Assembly (NCBI GenBank): GCA_964016885.1
Contig: OZ024743.1
Coordinates: 208,630,001 to 208,694,000, forward strand
Origin: Eledone cirrhosa
Taxonomy: Eukaryota
DNA length: 64,000 nt
Reading direction: 5' to 3'
Of this stretch, positions 1 through 12,500 are shown piece after piece. The notes below the pieces were generated by a model that did not search any database, was not told the origin of the DNA, and saw only the letters and a list, made by a program, of their open reading frames with translations. Positions within the stretch are counted from its first letter, which is position 1, and each line of letters opens with the position of its first letter. The position numbers and the translations under genes were made by a program.

Positions 1-1679
1 GCCACGTATGAAAGCTCTTCACTCCATAAGATATACCACAGTTTACCATCCTATAGCCACACATGAAAGCTCTTCACTCCATAAGATATACCACAGTTTA
101 CCATCCTATAGCCACAGATGAAAGCTCTTCACTCCATAAGATATACCACAGTTTACCATCCTATAGCCGCAGATGAAAGCTCTTCACTCCATAAGATATA
201 CCACAGTTAACCATCCTATAGCCACACATGAGAGCTCTTCACTCCATAAGATATACCACAGTTTACCATCCTATAGCCACACATGAAAGCTCTTCACTCC
301 ATAAGATATACTACAGTTTACCATCCTATAGCCAGATGAAAGCTTTTCAATCCATAAGATATACCACAGTTTACCATCCTATAGCCACAGATGAAAGCTC
401 TTCACTCCATAACATATACCACAGTTAACCATCCTATAGCCACACATGAGAGCTCTTCACTCCATAAGATATACCACAGTTTACCATCCTATAGCCACAC
501 ATGAAAGCTTTTCAGTCCACAAGATATAACACATTTTACCATCCTATAGCCACAGATGAAAGCTCTTCACTCCATAAGATATACCACAGTTTACCATCCT
601 ATAGCCACACATGAAAGCTCTTCACTCCATAAGATATAACACAGTTTACCATCCTATAGTTACAGATGAAAGCTCTTCACCCCATAAGGTATACTACAGT
701 TTACCATCCTATAGCCGCAGATGAAAGCTCTTCACTCCATAAGATATACGACAGTTTACCATCCTATAGCCGCAGATGAAAGCTCTTCACTCCATAAGAT
801 ATACCACAGTTTACCATCCTATTACCACAGATGAAAGCTCTTCACTCCCTAAGATATACCACAGTTTACCATCCTATAGCCACACATGAAAGCTCTTCAC
901 TCCATAAGATATACCACAGTTTACCATCCTATAGCCACACATGAAAGCTCTTCACTCCATAAGATATACCACAATTTACCATCCTATAGCCAGATGAAAG
1001 CTCTTCACTCCATAAGATATACCACAGTTTACCATCCTATAACCAGATGAAAGCTCTTCACTCCATAAGATATACCACAGTTTACCATCCTATGGCCACA
1101 GATGAAAGCTCTTCACTCCATAAGATATACCACAGTTTACCATCCTATAGCCGCAGATGAAAGCTCTTCACTCCATAAGATATACCACAGTTTACCATCC
1201 TATGGCCACAGATGAAAGCTCTTCACTCCATAAGATATACCACAGTTTACCATCCTATAGCCACACATGAAAGCTCTTCACTCCATAAGATATACCACAG
1301 TTTAACATCCTATAGCCAGATGAAAGCTCTTCACTCCATAAGATATACCACAGTTTACCATCCTATAGCCACAGATGAAAGCTCTTCACTCCATAACATA
1401 TACTACAGTTTACCATCATATAGGCACACATGAAAGCTCTTCACTTTCATAAGATATACCACAGTTTACAATCCTATAGCCACACATGAACGCTTTTCAC
1501 TCAATAAGATATACCACAGTTTACCATCCTATAGCCACACATGAAAGCTCTTCACTCCATAAGATATAACACAGTTTACAATCCTATAGTTACAGATGAA
1601 AGCTCTTCACTCCATAAGATATGCGACAGTTTACCATCCTATAGCCGCAGATGAAAGCTCTTCACTCCATAAGATATAA

Positions 1680-4600
1680 CACAGTTTACCATCCTATAGC
1701 CACAGATGAAAGCTCTTCACTCCATAAGATATACCACAGTTTACCATCCTATAGCCACACATGAAAGCTCTTCACTCCATGAGATATACCACAGTTTACC
1801 ATCCTATAGCCACACATGAAAGCTCTTCACTCCATAAGATATACCACAGTTTACCATCCTATAGCCACACATGGAAGCTCTTCACTCCATGAGATATACC
1901 ACAGTTTACCATCCTATAGCCACACATGAAAGCTCTTCACTCCATAAGATATACCACAGTTTACCATCCTATAGCCACAAATGAAAGCTCTTCACTCCAT
2001 AAGATATACCACAGTTTACCATCCTATAGCCACACATGGAAGCTCTCACTACATGAGATATACCACAGTTTACCATCCTATAGCCACACATGAAAGCTCT
2101 TCACTCCATAAGATATACCACAGTTTACCATCCTATAGCCAGATGAAAGCTCTTCACTCCATAAGATATACCACAGTTTACCATCCTATAGCCACACATG
2201 AAAGCTCTTCACTCCATAAGATATACCACAATTTACCATCCTATAGCCACACATGAAAGCTCTTCACTCAATAAGATATACCACAGTTTACCATCCTATA
2301 GCCACAAATGAAAGCTCTTCACTCCATAAGATATACCAAAGTTTACCATCCTATAGCCAGATGAAAGCTCATCGCTCCATAAGATATACCACAGTTTACC
2401 ATCCTATAGCCACACATGAAAGCTCTTCACTCCATAAGATATAACACAGTTTACCATCCTATACCCACAGATGAAAGCTCTTCACTCCATAAGATATACC
2501 ACAGTTTACCATCCTATAGCCATAGATGAAAGCTGTTCACTCCATAAGATATACCACAGTTTACCATCCTATAGCCACACATGAAAGCTCTTTACTCCAT
2601 AAGATATACCACAGTTTACCATCCTATAGCCACACATGGAAGCTCTTCACTCCATGAGATATACCACAGTTAACCATCCTATAGCCACACATGAAAGCTT
2701 TTCATTCCATAAGATATACCACAGTTTACCATCCTATAGCCAGATGAAAGCTCTTCACTCCATAAGGTATACCACAGTTTACCATCCTATAGCCACAAAT
2801 GAAAGCTCTTCACTCCATAAGATATACCACAGTTTACCATCCTATAGCCAGATGAAAGCTCTTCACTCCATAAGATATACCACAGTTTACCATCCTATAG
2901 CCACAGATGAAAGCTCTTCACTCCATCAGATATACCACAGTTTACCATCCTATAGCCAGATGAAAGCTCTTCACTCCATAAGATATACCACAGTTTACCA
3001 TCCTATAGCCACACATGAAAGCTCTTCACTCCATAAGATATACCACAGTTTACCATCCTATAGCCACAGATGAAAGCTCTTCACTCCACAACATATACCA
3101 CAGTTTCCCATCCTATAGCCACACATGAGAGCTCTTCACTCCATAAGATATACCACAGTTTACCATCCTATAGCCACACATGAAAGCTCTTCACTCCATA
3201 AGATATACCACAGTTTACCATCCGATAGCCACACATGAAAGCTCTTCACTCCATAAGATATACCACAGTTTACCATCCTATAACCAGATGAAAGCTTTTC
3301 AATCCACAAGATATACCACAGTTTACCATCCTATAGCCACACATGAAAGCTCTTCACTCCATAAGATATACCACAGTTTACTATCCTATAGTCACACATG
3401 AAAGCTCTTCACTCCAGAAGATATACCACAGTTTACCATCCTATAGCCACACATGAAAGCTCTTCACTCCATAAGATATACCACAGTTTACCATCCTATG
3501 GCCACAGATGAAAGCTCTTCACTCCATAAGATATACCACAGTTTACCATCCTATAGCCACAGATGAAAGCTCTTCACTCCATAAGATATACCACAGTTTA
3601 CCATCCTATAGCCACGCATGAAAGCTCTTTACTCCATAAGATATACCACAGTTTACCATCCTATAGCCATGGATGAAAGCTCTTCACTCCATAAGATATA
3701 CCACAGTTTACCATCCTATAGCCACAGATGAAAGCTCTTCACTCCATAAGATATACCACAGTTTACCATCCGATAGCCACACATGAAAGCTCTTCACTCC
3801 ATAAGATATACCACAGTTTACCATCCTACAGCCACAGATGAAAGCTCTTCATTCTATAAGATATACCACAGTTTACCATCCTATAGCCACACATGAAAGC
3901 TCTTCACTCCATAAGATATACCACAGTTTACCATCCTATAGCCACGCATGAAAGCTCTTCACTCCATAAGATATACCACAGTTTACCATCCTATAGCCAC
4001 ACATGAAAGCTCTTCACTCCATAAGATATACCACAGTTTACCATCCTATAGCCACAGATGAAAGCTCTTCACTCCATAAGATATACCACAGTTTACCATC
4101 CTATAGCCACACATGAAAGCTCTTCACTCCATGAGATATACCACAGTTTACCATCCTATAGCCACACATGAAAGCTCTTCACTCCATAAGATATACCACA
4201 GTTTACCATCCTATAGCCACACATGGAAGCTCTTCACTCCATGAGATATACCACAGTTTACCATCCTATAGCCACACATGAAAGCTCTTCACTCCATAAG
4301 ATATACCACAGTTTACCATCCTATAGCCACAAATGAAAGCTCTTCACTCCATAAGATATACCACAGTTTACCATCCTATAGCCACACATGGAAGCTCTCA
4401 CTACATGAGATATACCACAGTTTACCATCCTATAGCCACACATGAAAGCTCTTCACTCCATAAGATATACCACAGTTTACCATCCTATAGCCAGATGAAA
4501 GCTCTTCACTCCATAAGATATACCACAGTTTACCATCCTATAGCCACACATGAAAGCTCTTCACTCCATAAGATATACCACAATTTACCATCCTATAGCC

Positions 4601-6397
4601 ACACATGAAAGCTCTTCACTCAATAAGATATACCACAGTTTACCATCCTATAGCCACAAATGAAAGCTCTTCACTCCATAAGATATACCAAAGTTTACCA
4701 TCCTATAGCCAGATGAAAGCTCATCGCTCCATAAGATATACCACAGTTTACCATCCTATAGCCACACATGAAAGCTCTTCACTCCATAAGATATAACACA
4801 GTTTACCATCCTATACCCACAGATGAAAGCTCTTCACTCCATAAGATATACCACAGTTTACCATCCTATAGCCATAGATGAAAGCTGTTCACTCCATAAG
4901 ATATACCACAGTTTACCATCCTATAGCCACACATGAAAGCTCTTTACTCCATAAGATATACCACAGTTTACCATCCTATAGCCACACATGGAAGCTCTTC
5001 ACTCCATGAGATATACCACAGTTAACCATCCTATAGCCACACATGAAAGCTTTTCATTCCATAAGATATACCACAGTTTACCATCCTATAGCCAGATGAA
5101 AGCTCTTCACTCCATAAGGTATACCACAGTTTACCATCCTATAGCCACAAATGAAAGCTCTTCACTCCATAAGATATACCACAGTTTACCATCCTATAGC
5201 CAGATGAAAGCTCTTCACTCCATAAGATATACCACAGTTTACCATCCTATAGCCACAGATGAAAGCTCTTCACTCCATCAGATATACCACAGTTTACCAT
5301 CCTATAGCCAGATGAAAGCTCTTCACTCCATAAGATATACCACAGTTTACCATCCTATAGCCACACATGAAAGCTCTTCACTCCATAAGATATACCACAG
5401 TTTACCATCCTATAGCCACAGATGAAAGCTCTTCACTCCACAACATATACCACAGTTTCCCATCCTATAGCCACACATGAGAGCTCTTCACTCCATAAGA
5501 TATACCACAGTTTACCATCCTATAGCCACACATGAAAGCTCTTCACTCCATAAGATATACCACAGTTTACCATCCGATAGCCACACATGAAAGCTCTTCA
5601 CTCCATAAGATATACCACAGTTTACCATCCTATAACCAGATGAAAGCTTTTCAATCCACAAGATATACCACAGTTTACCATCCTATAGCCACACATGAAA
5701 GCTCTTCACTCCATAAGATATACCACAGTTTACTATCCTATAGTCACACATGAAAGCTCTTCACTCCAGAAGATATACCACAGTTTACCATCCTATAGCC
5801 ACACATGAAAGCTCTTCACTCCATAAGATATACCACAGTTTACCATCCTATGGCCACAGATGAAAGCTCTTCACTCCATAAGATATACCACAGTTTACCA
5901 TCCTATAGCCACAGATGAAAGCTCTTCACTCCATAAGATATACCACAGTTTACCATCCTATAGCCACGCATGAAAGCTCTTTACTCCATAAGATATACCA
6001 CAGTTTACCATCCTATAGCCATGGATGAAAGCTCTTCACTCCATAAGATATACCACAGTTTACCATCCTATAGCCACAGATGAAAGCTCTTCACTCCATA
6101 AGATATACCACAGTTTACCATCCGATAGCCACACATGAAAGCTCTTCACTCCATAAGATATACCACAGTTTACCATCCTACAGCCACAGATGAAAGCTCT
6201 TCATTCTATAAGATATACCACAGTTTACCATCCTATAGCCACACATGAAAGCTCTTCACTCCATAAGATATACCACAGTTTACCATCCTATAGCCACGCA
6301 TGAAAGCTCTTCACTCCATAAGATATACCACAGTTTACCATCCTATAGCCACACATGAAAGCTCTTCACTCCATAAGATATACCACAGTTTACCATC
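1680..6397 (+). repeat. Tandem duplication of a 2352-bp block (43 monomers)
   Basis: Identical ORF translations at offset 2352 (1981/4333, 2253/4605, 2636/4988, 3180/5532). 2352 = 43x55 - 13, from six 53-mers and one 54-mer. Flanking mismatches at 1679/4031 and 4046/6398 bound the block. Confidence 0.93.
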
Positions 6398-9300
6398 ATA
6401 TAGCCACAGATGAAAGCTCTTCACTCCATAAGATATACCACAGTTTACCATCCTATAGCCACAGATGAAAGCTCTTCATTCTATAAGATATACCACAGTT
6501 TACCATCCTATAGCCACACATGAAAGCTCTTCACTCCATAACATATACCACAGTTAACCATCGTATAGCCACACATGAAAGCTCTTCACTCCATAAGATA
6601 TACCACAGTTTACCATCCTATAGCCATGGATGAAAGCTCTTCACTCCATAAGATATACCACAGTTTACCATCCTATAGCCACAGATGAAAGCTCTTCACT
6701 CCATAAGATATACCATAGTTTACCATCCGATAGCCACACATGAAAGCTCTTCACTCCATAAGATATACCACAGTTTACCATCCTATAGCCAGATGAAAGT
6801 TCTTCACTCCATAAGATATACCACAGTTTACCATCCTATAGCTAGAAAATGAAATCTCTTCACTCCATAACATATACCACAGTTTACCATCCTATAGTCA
6901 CACATGAGAGCTCTTCACTCCATAAGATATACCACAGTTTACCATCCTATAGCCACACATGAAAGCTCTTCACTCCATAAGATATACCACAATTTACCAT
7001 CCTATAGCCACAGGTGAAAGCTCTTCACTCCATAAGATATACCACAGTTTACCATCCTATAGCCACAGATGAAAGCTCTTCACTCCACAACATATACCAC
7101 AGTTTACCATCCTATGGCCACACATGAGAGCTCTTCACTCCATAAGATATACCACAGTTTACCATCCTATAGCCACACATGAAAGCTCTTCACTCCATAA
7201 GATATACCACAGTTTACCATCCTATGGCCACAGATGAAAGCTCTTCACTCCATAAGATATACCACAGTTTACCATCCGATAGCCTCACATGAAAGCTCTT
7301 CACTCCATAAGATATACCACAGTTTACCATCCTATAGCCACACATGAAAGCTCTTCACTCCATAAGATATACCACAGTTTACTATCCTATAGTCACACAT
7401 GAAAGCTCTTCACTCCAGAAGATATACCACAGTTTACCATCCTATAGCCACACATGAAAGCTCTTCACTCCATAAGATATACCACAGTTTACCATCCTAT
7501 GGCCACAGATGAAAGCTCTTCACTCCATAAGATATACCACAGTTTACCATCCTATAATCACAGATGAAAGCTCTTCACTCCATAAAATATACCACAGTTT
7601 ACCATCCTATAGCCACAGATGAAAGCTCTTCACTCCATAAGATATACAACAGTTTACCATCCTATAGCCAGATGAAAGCTCTTCACTCCATAAGATATAC
7701 CACAGTTTACCATCCTATAGCCACAGAGGAAAGCTCTTCACACCATAAGATATACCACAGTTTACCATACTATAGCCACGCCACGGATGAAAGCTCTTCA
7801 CTCCATAAGATATACCACAGTTTACCATCCTATAGCCACGCCACGGATGAAAGCTCTTCACTCCATAAGATATACCACAGTTTACCGTCCTATAGCCAGA
7901 TGAAAGCTCTTCACTCCATAAGATATACCACAGTTTACCATCCTATAGCCACGCATGAAAGCTCTTCACTCCATAAGATATACCACAGTTTACCATCCTA
8001 TAGCCACACATGAGAGCTCTTCACTCCATAAGATATACCACAGTTTACCATCCTACAGCCACACATGAAAGTTTTTCACTCCATAAGATATACCACAGTT
8101 TACCATCCTATAGCCACAGATGAAAGCTCTTCACTCCATAAGATATACCACAGTTTACCATCCGATAGCCACACATGAAAGCTCTTCACTCCATAAGATA
8201 TACCACAGTTTACCATCCTATAGCCAGATGAAAGCTTTTCACTCCATAAGATATACCACAGTTTACCATCCTATAGCCACACATGAAAGCTCTTCACTCC
8301 ATAAGATATACCACAGTTTACTATCCTATAGTCACACATGAAAGCTCTTCACTCCAGAAGATATACCACAGTTTACCATCCTATAGCCACACATGAAAGC
8401 TCTTCACTCCATGAGATATACCACAGTTTACCATCCTATGGCCACAGATGAAAGCTCTTCACTCCATAAGATATACCACAGTTTACCATCCTATAGCCAC
8501 AGATGAAAGCTCTTCACTCCATAAGATATACCACAGTTTACCATCCGATAGCCAGACATGAAAGCTCTTCACTCCATAAGATATACCACAGTTTACCATC
8601 CTATAGCCACGCATGAAAGCTCTTCACTCCATAAGATATACGATCCTTTAGCCACACATGAAAGCTCTTCACTCCATAAGATATACCACAGTTTACCATC
8701 CTATAGCCACAGATGAAAGCTCTTCACTCCATAAGATATACCACAGTTTACCATCCTATAGCCACGGATGAAAGCTCTTCACTCCATAACATATACCACA
8801 GTTTACCATCCTATAGCCACACATGAAAGCTCTTCACTCCATAAGATATACCACAATTTACCATCCTATAGCCACAGGTGAAAGCTCTTCACTCCATAAG
8901 ATATACCACAGTTTACTATCCTATAGCCACAGATGAAAGCTCTTCACTCCACAACATATACCACAGTTTACCATCCTATAGCCACACATGAGAGCTCTTC
9001 ACTCCATAAGATATACCACAGTTTACCATCCTATAGCCACACATGAAAGCTCTTCACTCCATAAGATATACCACAGTTTACCATCCTATAGCCAGAGATG
9101 AAAGCTCTTCACTCCATAAGATATACCACAGTTTACCATCCGATAGCCACACATGAAAGCTCTTCACTCCATAAGATATACCACAGTTTACCATCCTATA
9201 GCCACAGATGAAAGCTCTTCACTCCATAAGATATACCACAGTTTACCATCCTATAGCCACAGACGAAAGCTCTTCACTCCATAACATATACCACAGTTAA

Positions 9301-9519
9301 CCATCCTATAGCCACACATGAGAGCTCTTCACTCCATAAGATATACCACAGTTTACCATCCTACAGCCACACATGAAAGCTCTTCACTCCATAAGATATA
9401 CCACAGTTTACCATCCTATAGCCACAGATGAAAGCTCTTCACTCCATAAGATATACCATAGTTTACCATCCGATAGACACACATGAAAGCTCTTCACTCC
9501 ATAAGATATACCACAGTTT

Positions 9520-12500
9520 ACCATCCTATAGCCAGATGAAAGTTCTTCACTCCATAAGATATACCACAGTTTACCATCCTATAGCCACACATGAAAGCTC
9601 TTCACTCCATAACATATACCACAGTTTACCATCCTATAGTCACACATGAGAGCTCTTCACTCCATAAGATATACCACAGTTTACCATCCTATAGCCACAC
9701 ATGAAAGCTCTTCACTCCATAAGATATACCACAGTTTACCATCCTATAGCCACAGATGAAAGCTCTTCACTCCACAACATATACCACAGTTTACCATCCT
9801 ATAGCCACACATGAGAGCTCTTCACTCCATAAGATATACCACAGTTTACCATCCTATAGCCACACATGAAAGCTCTTCACTCCATAAGATATACCACAGT
9901 TTACCATCCTGTAGCCACAGATGAAAGCTCTTCACTCCATAAGATATACCACAGTTTACCATCCGATAGCCACACATGAAAGCTCTTCACTCCATAAGAT
10001 ATACCACAGCTTACCATCCTATAGCCAGATGAAAGCTCTTCACTCCATAAGATATACCACAGTTTACCATCCTATAGCCACAGATGAAAGCTCTTCACTC
10101 CATAAGATATACCACAGTTTACCATCCTATAGCCAGATGAAAGCTCTTTACTCCATAAGATATACCACAGTTTACCATCCTATAGCCACGCATGAAAGCT
10201 CTTCACTCCATAAGATATACCTCAGTTTACCATCCTATAGCCACACATGAAAGCTCTTCACTCCATGAGATATACCACAGTTTACCATCCATTAGCCACC
10301 GATGAAAGCTCTTCACTCCATAAGATATACCACAGTTTACCATCCTATAGCCACAGATGAAAGCTCTTCACTCCATAACATACACCACATTTTACCATCC
10401 TATAGCCACACATTATAGGTCTTCACTCCATAAGATATACCACAGTTTACCATCCTATAGCCACACATGAAAGCTCTTCACTCCATAAGATATACCACAG
10501 TTTACCATCCTATAGCCACAGATGAAAGCTCTTCACTCCATAAGATATAACATAGTTTACCATCCGATAGCCACACATGAAAGCTCTTCACTCCATAAGA
10601 TATACCACAGTTTACCATCCTATAGCCACAGATGAAAGCTCTTCACTCCATAAGATATACCACAGTTTACCATCCTATAGCCAGATGAAAGCTCTTCACT
10701 CCATAAGATATACCACAGTTTACCATCCTATAGCCACGCATGAAAGCTCTTCACTCCATAAGATATACCACAGTTTACCATCCTATAGCCACACATGAAA
10801 TCTCTTCACTCCATAAGATATACCACAGTTTACGATCCTATAGCCACAGATGAAAGCTCTTCACTCCATAACATATACCACATTTTACCATCCTATAGCC
10901 ACACATGAGAGCTCTTCACTCCATAAGATATACCACAGTTTACCATCCTATAGCCACACATGAAAGCTCTTCACTCCATAAGATATACCACAGTTTACGA
11001 ACCTATAGCCAGATGAAAGCTTTTCACTCCATAAGATATACCACAGTTTACCATCCTATAGCCACACATGAAAGCTCTTCACTCCATAAGATATACCACA
11101 GTTTACCATCCTATAGACACACATGAAAGCTCTTCACTACATAAGATATACCACAGTTTACCATCCTATAGCTACACATGAAAGCTCTTCACTCCATAAT
11201 ATATACCACAGTTTACCATCCTATGGCCACATATGAAAGCTCTTCACTCCATAAGATATACCACAGTTTATCATCCTATAGCCACAGATGAAAGCTCTTC
11301 ACTCCATAAGATATACCACAGTTTACCATCCTATAGCCACAGATGAAAGCTCTTCACTCCATAAGATATACCACAGTTTACCATCCTGTAGTCACAGATG
11401 AAAGCTCTTCACTCCATAAGATATACCACAGTTTACCATCCTATGGCCAGAGATGAAAGCTCTTCACTCCATAAGATATAACACAGTTTACCATCCTATA
11501 GCCACACATGAAAGCTCTTCACTCCATAATATATACCACAGTTTACCATCCTATAGCCACAGATGAAAGCTCTTCAGTCCATAAGATATACCACAGTTTA
11601 CCATCCTATAGCCACAGATGAAAGCTCTTCACTCCATAAGATATACCACAGTTTACCATCCTGTAGTCACAGATGAAAGCTCTTCACTCCATAAGATATA
11701 CCACAGTTTACCATCCTATGGCCAGAGATGAAAGCTCTTCACTCCATAAGATATAACACAGTTTACCATCCTATAGCCACACATGAAAGCTCTTCACTCC
11801 ATAATATATACCACAGTTTACCATCCTATAGCCACAGATGAAAGCTCTTCAGTCCATAAGATATACCACAGTTTACCATCCTATAGCCACAGATGAAAGC
11901 TCTTCACTCCATAAGATATACCACAGTTTACCATCTTATAGCCACGCCACGGATGAAAGCTCTTCACTCCATAAGATATACCACAGTTTACCATCCTATA
12001 GCCACGCCACGGATGAAAGCTCTTCACTCCATAAGATATACCTCAGTTTATCATCCTATAGCCAGAGATCAAAGCTCTTCACTCCATAAGATATACCACA
12101 GTTTACCATCCTATAGCCACACATGAAAGCTCTTCACTCCATAAGATATACCACAGTTTACCATCCTATAGCCACACATGGAAGCTCTTCACTCCATGAG
12201 ATATACCACACTTTACCATCCTATAGCCAGATGAAAGTTCTTCACTCCATAAGATATACCACAGTTTACCATCCTATAGCCACACATGAAAGCTCTTCAC
12301 TCCATAACATATACCACAGTTTACCATCCTATAGTCACACATGAGAGCTCTTCACTCCATAAGATATACCACAGTTTACCATCCTATAGCCACACATGAA
12401 AGCTCTTCACTCCATAAGATATACCACAGTTTACCATCCTATAGCCACAGATGAAAGCTCTTCACTCCACAACATATACCACAGTTTACCATCCTATAGC

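Noticed and set aside
40-62. TATA-like motifs (GATATA, CTATAG) as promoters
   Set aside because: They are short AT-rich or palindromic words repeated in each monomer, with no downstream gene and no match to the full TATAWAW consensus.
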